Origin: a virus
Reading direction: 5' to 3' (one strand)
DNA: 43,722 nt
Virus record (IMG/VR): IMGVR_UViG_3300045988_028128
Span: 1-43,722 of that record
The notes below the pieces were generated by a model. That model searched no databases and was not told the origin of the DNA. It worked only from the letters and a program-made list of their open reading frames with translations. The translations under genes and the position numbers were made by a program. Below, piece after piece: positions 24,916 through 33,147 of the stretch (positions are counted from its first letter, which is position 1; each line of letters starts with the position of its first letter).

Positions 24916-25304
24916 AAGGCTACAATTTTATAAATATCCGGTTCGCCAACTGATTGAACTGATTTTATTAATAGCCCCTTTTGGCATAACCATTTAAGGC
25001 AATCAATTACAGTACTTTTATTTATACCTAAATATTTAGATATATACAAAATTCCTTTTGAATATTCCCCGAAACTCACGCAATACCCGTGTATCATTGC
25101 GTAAATCATTAACTTATTACCTTTCAAAGATAAGCCGTTAATCCATTCTTTTTTTACAATAAAATCCATAACTATAAATAGAAAGCCCGCAATCCGGGCT
25201 ACCACACACCGGAAAACGGGCTTTTCGCTAAATAAATTAGCAATATCTTTCAAACGGTGGTAGTCGTTTGTATTTTCATTGCAAATATAACAATAATTAC
25301 TCAT
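24912..25304 (-). CDS. winged-helix DNA-binding protein
   Basis: 130 aa. A MarR-like wHTH is LYISKYLGINKSTVIDCLKWLCQKGLLIKS. The gene is AT-rich. Confidence 0.5.
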   Translation of the reverse strand: MSNYCYICNENTNDYHRLKDIANLFSEKPVFRCVVARIAGFLFIVMDFIVKKEWINGLSLKGNKLMIYAMIHGYCVSFGEYSKGILYISKYLGINKSTVIDCLKWLCQKGLLIKSVQSVGEPDIYKIVAL

Positions 25305-26007
25305 TTTCCAACTGTTTAACGGGTTTCCATGCCTGTTTTACTTTCAATACGTTGTCCGCACTCTCATTAGGAACCAACGACACAACGGGGAACCGGGAAT
25401 TGTCGCCCGGCTTTTGGGTCGTCGCAAACTGTACGTTCAAATCAAATATAATTCCCTTACAAAATCCACGTTCCGCCAACATTCCGTCGAACGTATCCCG
25501 GATATTGGGGATTGTTGACGCTGTACCCTTTGTTTCGTAAGTCCATACCCCGGCGACACCACGAACCAACGGGCAAATAAAATTCAACGTCAACGTAACG
25601 TCCCAACCGTCGCCGCCCTTTTGGGCTTTCCGATTTGGGTATTTCTTTGCTACGCCCGCCATTAAAGTGGGATAAACTGTAACCGTTAACGTTTCGTACT
25701 TTTTGCCGTCCCAAACGTCAAACGTTTCCCCGTCGCCCCGTGCAATCAATCGCCCGGCGTCGTCCCGGTATTCGTATTGTTCGCAACATACTTTGGCGGG
25801 GTCGTCGTCCGGGAAAACAATTTGTATTGTTTGGGGCTTTTCGCCGTATGCCTGTGTAAATAACCCGGCATACTTTCCCGTTGGTATGAAATAATCTACA
25901 CTTTGCGGATAACCGCTCGCCCCTTTCATTCCAATTTTAACTTTGCCCACACGGGGCAATATTAACCGGGACTTTTGTGCCTCCGGTCGTGCAATTCGTC
26001 CTTTCAT
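25297..26007 (-). CDS. phiC31 gp3-like ('recombination directionality factor-like') family protein (tentative)
   Basis: 236 aa. LPRVGKVKIGMKGASGYPQSVDYF...YGEKPQTIQIVFPDDD...ARGDGETF resembles the N-terminal pattern I recall for that family (LPRLGKIRLG...ldyF...yG..P..l.I.fp...GDG). This needs an HMM check. Confidence 0.4.
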   Translation of the reverse strand: MKGRIARPEAQKSRLILPRVGKVKIGMKGASGYPQSVDYFIPTGKYAGLFTQAYGEKPQTIQIVFPDDDPAKVCCEQYEYRDDAGRLIARGDGETFDVWDGKKYETLTVTVYPTLMAGVAKKYPNRKAQKGGDGWDVTLTLNFICPLVRGVAGVWTYETKGTASTIPNIRDTFDGMLAERGFCKGIIFDLNVQFATTQKPGDNSRFPVVSLVPNESADNVLKVKQAWKPVKQLENE

Positions 26008-26021
26008 CGCTCTATCTGTTT

Positions 26022-26282
26022 TTATTTAACTTCAAATATATGCCATACAAATACTCCTTTGAAAAGTGTATTTATATAAATCAATTCGCCGTCATATTTC
26101 CCGGCATCGTGTCCGGTTCCTATTGTGGCAAATGTCCGTTTTTCCATTGGTTTGTCAGTATCTACCAACGCCCAAACAAATGTTCCGCCGCCTTTAGATT
26201 CTACCGTAAGAACTTGCGCCCCTTGCGGCATACTGATTGTTTCGCAAAAATCCGATAACGGATATTTATTTATTGTTTTCAT
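26022..26282 (-). CDS. hypothetical protein
   Basis: 86-aa ORF between the nuclease and gp3-like genes. Confidence 0.5.
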   Translation of the reverse strand: MKTINKYPLSDFCETISMPQGAQVLTVESKGGGTFVWALVDTDKPMEKRTFATIGTGHDAGKYDGELIYINTLFKGVFVWHIFEVK

Positions 26283-26291
26283 AGCTATACT

Positions 26292-27626
26292 TTAAATTTC
26301 CGGGTCGTCGTTCAATAACTTTTGTTTTTTCTCGCTTTTGCCCTTTTTTGGCTCATTTGCGGGCTTTTCGTCCTTTTGGGTAGTATTCCCCTGCGTGGTT
26401 GTCTTTTTGCCCGTGGCGGGCTTGTTTTCCGCCTTTGCGGACGCTCTTTTGACAATCTTTGTTTTCGGCTTTTCGGGTTCCGGTTCCGGGGCAGCTTTCA
26501 CGTCCTCGGCGGTTACGGCTGTTTGTTCGTCCGGCGTCTTATCTTTTGGGGCTTTGGTTTTTACCAATTCCGCCAACGTCAACGAAATAACGTTTTGCGT
26601 CAAATCCGGGGCGTCGTCCAATACGATTGCACCGGATACGGCGGTAAATATGTTATCTTTCTTTTCGTCCTCAATCGCCGCAATATCCAACAATGCCGGG
26701 ATTTTCTTTGCGTTGGGGCTGTCTGTTTGGTCTTTTAGATTGTAGGACGGTTTTTTGCGCCAATCTTTCGGGGAAAAATTGAAAACCTTTGTAATCGGGA
26801 ATTGCTCAAAATTAACGTTCCACATATCCCGGTAAAGGTGCAATTGTATTTCCGCCTCCTCGTAAAATCCTTTGCGCCCGCTCTTAAAATCGACAATTGC
26901 GTTTATCCGGTCGGTTCCGCCGATTTTCGCCAACATGGTACACGGGCAATCTATCATTCCGGCATACTTGTAATACGGGTGTACTAACGCAATTTCGACC
27001 GCTAACGGTCTAACGTCGTAATCCAAAACGAATTGCGCAAACGCCAATACGTCCTTTTTCAAATCGTCAGCGTAATAAATAAAGTCGTCCGGCAATCTGT
27101 TAACCTCAATGTATTCTTTCAATTTGGATTTCAATCCGTCCAAATCATACGCCCGGTTAATCAATAATTCCTCAAATGCGGCGTGCATGAACGTTCCATA
27201 CGCCGCCCGTTCGCCTTTATAACGTTCGCTTTCCTCAATCCCTTTATCGGCAATCCATTTGATAAGGAACGGCGATTTGGGTAACGTCTGCGATAAAATG
27301 GTTGTAACAGACGGGAAAAACTCCGGGTTTCCGTTTTCGTCGTAACGATAATAATAACGGTGCCCCTTGCTGTTTAACTGCCAAATCTTATATGGCGGTT
27401 CAATCAACGCATCGACGTTGAAAAACATTGCCGTCATTTCCTCAACCGTCATGCCCGGCACAATCTCAAACGCTCCGGTTTGTTGTTCCGGCTCCATTGC
27501 CGCAAACGGTGGGATTATCTGTTGTTGTTCCTCGGTTATCTCCGGGAATTGGTCGGCGGGAATATTGCCCGTTGTTCCAACCGTTTGTTTTACCGGGTCG
27601 CCCGGTGCATCGCTCTTTACTCTCAT
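26292..27626 (-). CDS. PD-(D/E)XK nuclease (RecB/Cas4/YqaJ-like recombination exonuclease) with a disordered Lys/Pro/Glu tail
   Basis: 444 aa. The motifs are YAGMIDCPC (Asp), AIVDFKSGRK (D/E-x-K) and QLHLY. The C-terminal ~110 aa is low complexity. Confidence 0.6.
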   Translation of the reverse strand: MRVKSDAPGDPVKQTVGTTGNIPADQFPEITEEQQQIIPPFAAMEPEQQTGAFEIVPGMTVEEMTAMFFNVDALIEPPYKIWQLNSKGHRYYYRYDENGNPEFFPSVTTILSQTLPKSPFLIKWIADKGIEESERYKGERAAYGTFMHAAFEELLINRAYDLDGLKSKLKEYIEVNRLPDDFIYYADDLKKDVLAFAQFVLDYDVRPLAVEIALVHPYYKYAGMIDCPCTMLAKIGGTDRINAIVDFKSGRKGFYEEAEIQLHLYRDMWNVNFEQFPITKVFNFSPKDWRKKPSYNLKDQTDSPNAKKIPALLDIAAIEDEKKDNIFTAVSGAIVLDDAPDLTQNVISLTLAELVKTKAPKDKTPDEQTAVTAEDVKAAPEPEPEKPKTKIVKRASAKAENKPATGKKTTTQGNTTQKDEKPANEPKKGKSEKKQKLLNDDPEI

Positions 27627-27835
27627 TTTCTTTTTAATTTACGGTATTCACTCAAACCACATAAAACCATAATTGCACACATTGCCGAAACAAATAATTG
27701 CGACGGGTTCCAATACGTGCCAATCAAAGCCGCAACGCCTAATATTCCAAATATTACAATCATTGCTTTGGCTTGGAACAACTCGGAAAACACTTTGTCC
27801 CCGATCGCATCCATAATGCGGGCAAATTTATTCAT
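27623..27835 (-). CDS. small membrane protein
   Basis: 70 aa with two hydrophobic helices (AMIVIFGILGVAALIGTYW, LFVSAMCAIMVLCGL). Confidence 0.55.
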   Translation of the reverse strand: MNKFARIMDAIGDKVFSELFQAKAMIVIFGILGVAALIGTYWNPSQLFVSAMCAIMVLCGLSEYRKLKRK

Positions 27836-28061
27836 CTTTCAAACCAAATAAATAGTCCGCCGAACAATCCAACATTTCGCAAATAATAACGACCCATTCC
27901 GGGACAATCCGTTTGGTTGTTCCGTTACATAAATTCGTCATATTGACCTGTTGGGCACTATCCGCCACGCCCGGAAAAAGACGGGCGGCAATGTCTTTTT
28001 TCAAAACCTTTTTCCCGTTCGCCTCAGAACGGGCGATTGCTTCGTTTACTTTCAATTTCAT
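27828..28061 (-). CDS. XRE/Cro-type helix-turn-helix transcriptional regulator
   Basis: 77 aa. KKDIAARLFPGVADSAQQVNMTNLCNG ... ICEMLDCSADYLFGL is typical of HTH_3. Confidence 0.7.
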   Translation of the reverse strand: MKLKVNEAIARSEANGKKVLKKDIAARLFPGVADSAQQVNMTNLCNGTTKRIVPEWVVIICEMLDCSADYLFGLKDE

Positions 28062-28078
28062 TTCTGCAAATTTTTATA

Positions 28079-28507
28079 TTAATAACTCGGTTCGTCGCTC
28101 TCTTTATAACCGCAATGCGTACACGTCTTTTCCTCCCAAAGTGCGGTATATTCCGGGGGCGTCAAATATCCGTCCCCTCCGGTCTGTTTATATTCGCCGT
28201 CGGTAACTTCCATTTCCCCGCCACACTCCGGGCAATCCCCGGAACCAATCAATATACACTCAACCAAAGCGTCCAAATGTTCGGAACGAACAACGGAAAT
28301 ACCAATTGCCCGGATAATCTCCACAACCTCGGAAAGTGTTATATCTCGGTCGTAACAATCGGACACGGATAACCCCCAATTGTCGGGTATGTCCTCAATG
28401 ATTTTGCGGTTGACTAACTCCATAATGATTGTTTCGGATACTTGGTTGGCTGTTTTCCCGGAAAGGGTCGCCAATTTCTTTAAATTTTCGCTCTCTTTTA
28501 TTATCAT
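28079..28507 (-). CDS. zinc-ribbon protein
   Basis: The start is set at ATG 28507 (MIIKESENLKK). The track ORF runs upstream through promoter C. It contains CPECGG ... CTHCG. Confidence 0.55.
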   Translation of the reverse strand: MIIKESENLKKLATLSGKTANQVSETIIMELVNRKIIEDIPDNWGLSVSDCYDRDITLSEVVEIIRAIGISVVRSEHLDALVECILIGSGDCPECGGEMEVTDGEYKQTGGDGYLTPPEYTALWEEKTCTHCGYKESDEPSY

Positions 28508-28546
28508 ATCTTTGCCGGGTATTCCCCCCGGTGGGTTTTGTTTCTG

Positions 28547-28577
28547 CAAAAATACAAATATATTTTTAACTACCAAA
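28547..28577 (-). promoter_or_regulatory. Bacteroidota-type promoter C (TTTG-N19-TATTTTTG)
   Basis: On the minus strand, TTTG (28577..28574), a 19-nt spacer, then TATTTTTG (28554..28547). A CCGGG/CCCGG leader hairpin (28515..28531) follows before ATG 28507. Confidence 0.65.
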
Positions 28578-28741
28578 AATAAACCTTTTGTTTTTGTCTT
28601 TTATTATCCCGGAACGCTTGCAAATCGGAATAATTGCGTACTTTTGTCGTACCGCATTACCATTACATCGCTCTCGGTTACTGCGTACCGAACCCCCGGC
28701 GTATTTGTTACGTTCCGGGGGTTCTTAATTTATCAAGAACA

Positions 28742-29678
28742 TTATTTATTTTCCATGTTATAATATTCGGAACATTTAAAACCTTTGCGGGGGCTAAAAT
28801 CCTTAAATTCGCAACTATAAAAAACAGATTTTTTATTTGTCCAATTTGCTAAATCTTTTTGCCATTGTTTTATATTTGGTTTATCAAAATCTAAATACGG
28901 TTGTGCAAATGGTTTAACTCCCAATCGTTTTAATTCCTCAATACGATATATACTATCATAAAAATCACGAATTAAAGTATAAACAAATATCCGATATGGT
29001 TTTATTCCAACATTTTTTTAATTCATTAACAGCCTGTTTTATGTAGGGTAATTGCGTCTTTGTATCACAGGCTACACGTAAATAATTTATATATTTTACA
29101 TGGCTCAAAAGTTTAATAATATACTTATCTCCTGCAATCAATCGAACATCTAAACCTTGGTTAAAATCAACTTTAATTCCTAACTTAATACATTCCTCTA
29201 TTTGACATAAACCCCAATCAGACGCCAATATATTATTATCCAACAAAACAACTTTCTTTTTATCTGCAATAAATTCATTAATTTCTGCATTTTTTCTAAT
29301 ACTGCCCTCCTTTTTGGGGACGATGCACCATGAACAACTATTAGGACAACCCCTTGTAAGAAAACCCATAGCGTAATCTATTCCATATAATGAATAATCC
29401 GGCGTTATATGTTCAATTGCAGGCGGTAATACTCCATAATCTTTATATCCGGTGCCTCCCTTTTGTATTTCACAATTAAATGAATACAAATAATCAGGAG
29501 TATTAGTAAATACCTTACTCATATAAACTAATTCGTATTTTCCAAACATTGGAACAGCAAATTCAAGACAATCGCCGTTCTGCTTATGAAATGCACTAAT
29601 TTTCATTAATGCTAAATTTGGGAACCTATGCCCGTCCACATCAACTAATCCAATTTTCATTTTATAATCACTTTGCAA
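28742..29678 (-). pseudogene. radical SAM enzyme (B12-binding-like N-domain plus CX3CX2C core) split by a 1-nt frame shift in an A7 run
   Basis: ORF 28965..29678 carries FLTRGCPNSCSWC and ends shortly after ...VNELKKCWNK. The frame of ORF 28742..28924 is open back to 29017. Read from there it gives KNVGIKPYRIFVYTLIRDFYDSIYRIEELKRLGVKPFAQPYLDF... Removing one A from AAAAAAA (plus-strand T7 at 29013..29019) fuses them into about 312 aa. Confidence 0.7.
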
Positions 29679-29872
29679 TATCTGTAATACTTATCAAACA
29701 TACTTTCAACCCGGCACGTCAACCCAATATCGTTGCCGTCTAACAATAGGTTCAACACATCGCCGGGATTGTGGCGGGTATAAAGTAGGAACAACCCGCC
29801 GTCCGCTTTTTGGATTATGTCGTACAACGCTTGCGTTATACGGTAACGTTTAATTTTTTTCATAATATACAT
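29657..29872 (-). CDS. hypothetical protein
   Basis: The track ORF is 29657..29986. An internal start at ATG 29872 or 29863 (MYIMKKIKRYR...) avoids a long overlap with the upstream 65-aa ORF. Confidence 0.45.
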   Translation of the reverse strand: MYIMKKIKRYRITQALYDIIQKADGGLFLLYTRHNPGDVLNLLLDGNDIGLTCRVESMFDKYYRYCKVIIK

Positions 29873-30047
29873 TTTTACCGTCTTTTCGTTCGTCTTTTGT
29901 GCAACAAACGTGGCGGCAAATATCCGTTTCCATGTTTTGAAACACGCATTTATACAAACAATCGTCCTCATTTTCACGGGCAACAACTGTTACTTTTTTC
30001 TTGTTGTATAACATCGTTGCGCCAATCTTATGTTCAAATCCTTTCAT
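29850..30047 (-). CDS. hypothetical protein
   Basis: 65-aa ORF with start context GGGCGATGA, preceded by an 8-bp GC hairpin. Confidence 0.45.
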   Translation of the reverse strand: MKGFEHKIGATMLYNKKKVTVVARENEDDCLYKCVFQNMETDICRHVCCTKDERKDGKNVYYEKN

Positions 30048-30092
30048 CGCCCTAAATGGTTATGCCGGGGGATTGCTCCCCCGGCTTGGTTA

Positions 30093-30461
30093 TTACTGTA
30101 AATATGCGATTGCCTCCAATGCCTCCTTACGGCTTTTTGCCCAATCCAAATGGTCGGCAACCCATTTGTCAAACTGATTTTCCGCAAGCCATTTGCGGCG
30201 GTAATCCGGGGTAAAATATGCGGCTTGTTTCTTATATGCCGCCTCCGGGTTTACGACAATTGCCGTTGCCGAACTCAACGCCCGCCCGTGGTCGCCTTTG
30301 CCGATTAAATCCAACCGACCAAAATAAAATTCCCCGGTTCGGGTGCAAGCGACGTAATCCCGTGTGGACGTCCTCGTTGAAATAATATTGCCGCTTTCGT
30401 CGGTTACTGTGTATTGAAACTTTTTGCCTTTGGCTTGTTTGCTCAAAATGTACTTTGCCAT
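30093..30461 (-). CDS. hypothetical protein
   Basis: 122-aa ORF flanked by GC hairpins on both sides. Confidence 0.55.
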   Translation of the reverse strand: MAKYILSKQAKGKKFQYTVTDESGNIISTRTSTRDYVACTRTGEFYFGRLDLIGKGDHGRALSSATAIVVNPEAAYKKQAAYFTPDYRRKWLAENQFDKWVADHLDWAKSRKEALEAIAYLQ

Positions 30462-30502
30462 AATCTTTTTTGTTGTGCCGGGGACGAACCCCTGGCGGGT
30501 TA

Positions 30503-30715
30503 TTAATATCCGGGTTTGGTTTGGCGGGTGTTTGCCATGAATGTTTTATTGCTCCCTTTCAAAACGATTTCTCCGCATGGTTCCCAATCGCCGTTGCTGT
30601 AAACTTTGGTTTTCGTTCCTTTGGCATTGTGTTCTTTCATTGCCTTTTTTGCGGCTGTTAGGCTATAAAATTCCTCGCTGTAACCGCTTTCGTTGAATAC
30701 GTGGTAAATTGTCAT
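30503..30715 (-). CDS. hypothetical protein
   Basis: The track ORF is 30503..30805. ATG 30715 (MTIYHVFNESGY...) lies just downstream of the intercistronic hairpin at 30737..30752. Confidence 0.45.
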   Translation of the reverse strand: MTIYHVFNESGYSEEFYSLTAAKKAMKEHNAKGTKTKVYSNGDWEPCGEIVLKGSNKTFMANTRQTKPGY

Positions 30716-30759
30716 ATCGGTAATTATTATTTGTTGCCGGGAAAACGCCCGGTCGTTGT

Positions 30760-31011
30760 TTACGAATAATAGAACGTAATTTTGACGCCTCGGCGCAATT
30801 TGCAAACCTCTTTGTCGCCGTAACAGTTGAACGCACGGTTTAAAAGACGGTTAACCAATTCAATGTCGCCGACAATGCGGATTAACCCGGCAACCCCAAC
30901 CAACATATTAACCTTTTTACCGTTTACCATTCCGGCAACTTTGATTTTGTAATTGCAGTTAATCTCGCTTGTTGTGTACTTCAATCCGTTATAAATGCTT
31001 TGAGTATCCAT
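30760..31011 (-). CDS. hypothetical protein (first gene after promoter D)
   Basis: 83-aa ORF, 57 nt downstream of the -7 box of promoter D. Confidence 0.5.
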   Translation of the reverse strand: MDTQSIYNGLKYTTSEINCNYKIKVAGMVNGKKVNMLVGVAGLIRIVGDIELVNRLLNRAFNCYGDKEVCKLRRGVKITFYYS

Positions 31012-31067
31012 TGTTTACGCTCTCTAAATATCCGGGGAAAACGCCCCGTCGTTGTATTATCGTACTG

Positions 31068-31098
31068 CAAATATACAACCTTTATTTTAATTACCAAA
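31068..31098 (-). promoter_or_regulatory. Bacteroidota-type promoter D (TTTG-N19-TATATTTG)
   Basis: On the minus strand, TTTG (31098..31095), a 19-nt spacer, then TATATTTG (31075..31068). A CGGGG/CCCCG leader hairpin follows at 31033..31048. Confidence 0.7.
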
Positions 31099-31220
31099 GG
31101 TTTTATCTTTTATTTTCGTGTTTTCCTATAAAAAATTTCGTTTTTGGTTCCAAAAGAGTTATTTTCTTATAATTTTCGATTTAAGCGACTTTTGCAAGCG
31201 GGACGGGTAAATTATCCACT

Positions 31221-31246
31221 TTGAAACAAAACGCCCGGAAACGGGC
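31221..31246 (-). terminator. rho-independent terminator after the HNH gene (end of late transcription)
   Basis: GCCCG-GAAA-CGGGC (31233..31246). On the minus strand it is followed by GTTTTGTTTCAA. Confidence 0.55.
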
Positions 31247-31307
31247 TAAAAATGGCTCAATAGAAAAAGGGATTGCAACGCCTTATTACAACCCCTTGCT
31301 ATATCTA

Positions 31308-31835
31308 TTATACGTATTCCCAATTATAGCCCTTATGTTTTTTCATACGCCCTTTACAACATCGGATTATTAGTGTATCGTTAAACCCGTCCTTTTTGGC
31401 TAAATGTATAGATTGGTATATTTTAAGACAAACCCCGTTTTTCATCATTCTAACAGGTTTTGAATTTGGATGCAATGCACCCTTTTTACCTTGCATATTT
31501 TTAGCGTTGTTTTCACTCAATCGTTTTTTAGTAATAGGATTGTTGTTATTTTCCATATATGTAACCCAACGCAAATTGTCCGCATGGTTATTGGCTCGGT
31601 CGCCGTCGATATGGTCGATACATGGTTTGTTGTCCGGGTTCGGAATGAAAGCCGCCGCAACTAATCTATGTAATCGAAACGTTTTGCGCATCCCATTACA
31701 TAAAGCAACGGTTTTATATCTATTCCCGGAACCACATATTTTCAAAACTAATTGTTTCTTAACGGATTTTACACGCCCGTAATTACTCACTTTATACAAC
31801 CCTATATATCCGGGTACATCTTTCCAAATTTCCAT
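31308..31835 (-). CDS. HNH homing endonuclease with a NUMOD4-like N-terminus
   Basis: MEIWKDVPGYIGLYKVSNYGRVKS is NUMOD4-like. HRLVAAAFIPNPDNKPCIDHIDGDRANNHADNLRWVTYMENNNN is the HNH core. ATG 31835 is preferred over the TTG at 31862. Confidence 0.85.
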   Translation of the reverse strand: MEIWKDVPGYIGLYKVSNYGRVKSVKKQLVLKICGSGNRYKTVALCNGMRKTFRLHRLVAAAFIPNPDNKPCIDHIDGDRANNHADNLRWVTYMENNNNPITKKRLSENNAKNMQGKKGALHPNSKPVRMMKNGVCLKIYQSIHLAKKDGFNDTLIIRCCKGRMKKHKGYNWEYV

Positions 31836-31936
31836 TATACAACCATTTAAGTAAGCAACCAAAAAAAAGGGAAACGGGGAAAAGTGGTTGCATCTTTTTT
31901 CATCCGGTAGCTACTCCGAACTATCCCCGTTTGCCG

Positions 31937-31944
31937 CAAATATA
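31937..31944 (-). promoter_or_regulatory. candidate -7 box TATATTTG upstream of the HNH gene
   Basis: Plus-strand CAAATATA is a perfect TAnnTTTG on the minus strand. The nearest upstream TTTG is 24 nt away, which is off the N19 spacing of the four strong promoters. Confidence 0.35.
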
Positions 31945-31945
31945 G

Positions 31946-32557
31946 TTATTTTTCTATTGTTATAACCTCAAACCCGGTAATTTTTGTATGTGGATTTTTT
32001 GAAACAATGTCAAATTCACGGTTTTTTATCCGTTTTGTTTTCCATAGGAAATTAAGAAAACGTTTATATTGTACACTTTCCATTATTAAAAGACTATCCC
32101 GTGTTATGATTTTGCCCGAAAACGTATTATTTATAATACATCCGTCAAAATCAACCCATTTGTCGGAATACTCAATACAACGTAATACAGTCGTAACCGT
32201 GTCGCCGGGCAAATATACAATACTATCCCGGACGTTTGCCCGTAATTCGTTTATCGTTTCCATTTGCGCCGTCGTAACCCTCTGCAAATCCCGGTTCTTT
32301 GTCTGCAACGATTTGATTAACGCCGCATCGTCCGCCCGGTACTTTTTATATTCGGATAATTTTAACTCCAAATTCCCAACCTTTGCGGCGTTCAAACTAT
32401 CCTTTGTTTGATAGGTTCGGACGTCCTGCAACAACGTTTCGGTATTGCTCCGGTATTTATCCCGTTCGTCGGTCAACCGCTTTATTTTGGCGTGTTGTAC
32501 CCATAAGGCGGCGGCAACTGCCAAAATGATTGCCGCCAATATCAAATACTTTTTCAT
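31946..32557 (-). CDS. membrane-anchored coiled-coil protein (possible spanin-like lysis accessory)
   Basis: 203 aa. The N-terminal TM segment is KKYLILAAIILAVAAALWV, followed by a helical region. It overlaps the endolysin stop by 4 nt. Confidence 0.4.
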   Translation of the reverse strand: MKKYLILAAIILAVAAALWVQHAKIKRLTDERDKYRSNTETLLQDVRTYQTKDSLNAAKVGNLELKLSEYKKYRADDAALIKSLQTKNRDLQRVTTAQMETINELRANVRDSIVYLPGDTVTTVLRCIEYSDKWVDFDGCIINNTFSGKIITRDSLLIMESVQYKRFLNFLWKTKRIKNREFDIVSKNPHTKITGFEVITIEK

Positions 32558-33147
32558 GCCTCTAACATTTTTTCGATTGCCCGGACGTGAACGTTGGCAA
32601 TTCGTTGGCGTCCCTCGTTACTCATTATGAAACGGCAATCCTTTTCCGTATCCATAAAAAAGTTTTCCGACAACATCGCCGGGCAACTCGTTTTGGTTAG
32701 GATATAAAAATTGCTTTCCTTATCCGGGTCGCCGTCGGAATGGTCGGCACGCATTTTCCAACCGTCCGGGGCAAATTCCTTTTCCGCCTCGTTGTACAAT
32801 ATAGTTGCCAACGGGTCGGATTTGGTTTGACCGGGCGACGTGTAAACCTCCCAACCCGTACCGCCCCCGGCGTTGGCGTGTACCGATATAAGGATTGCGC
32901 CCCCTTTGTTGCCTTTGGTAATGTCGTTGGCACGCTTTACCCTTTCCGTCAATGAAACGTCGTTCCATTCGGGAACCAATACGACGTTCGCAATACCCCG
33001 TTCGTTCAATGCCGCCTCAATCCGGCGCACAACGTCCCGGTTAAATTCGTATTCCAACAACTGTGTCCGGTCGCTCCAAATTGGCGAACGTTTACCGGGC
33101 GTTTCCATGCCATGCCCGTTGTCTAAAATGATAATTGGTTTACTCAT
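32554..33147 (-). CDS. N-acetylmuramoyl-L-alanine amidase endolysin (Amidase_3)
   Basis: 197 aa. IIILDNGHGMETPGKRSP, ILISVHANAGGGTGWEVY and MLSENFFMDT are the zinc-ligand and catalytic blocks of MurNAc-LAA amidases. Confidence 0.85.
   Translation of the reverse strand: MSKPIIILDNGHGMETPGKRSPIWSDRTQLLEYEFNRDVVRRIEAALNERGIANVVLVPEWNDVSLTERVKRANDITKGNKGGAILISVHANAGGGTGWEVYTSPGQTKSDPLATILYNEAEKEFAPDGWKMRADHSDGDPDKESNFYILTKTSCPAMLSENFFMDTEKDCRFIMSNEGRQRIANVHVRAIEKMLEA

Noticed and set aside
28690-28724. Perfect 10-bp inverted repeat GAACCCCCGG-N15-CCGGGGGTTC as the terminator of the first early operon
   Set aside because: On the minus (transcribed) strand it is not followed by a U-tract. The T-rich flank is on the non-coding orientation. 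I report it among the GC hairpins rather than as a terminator.
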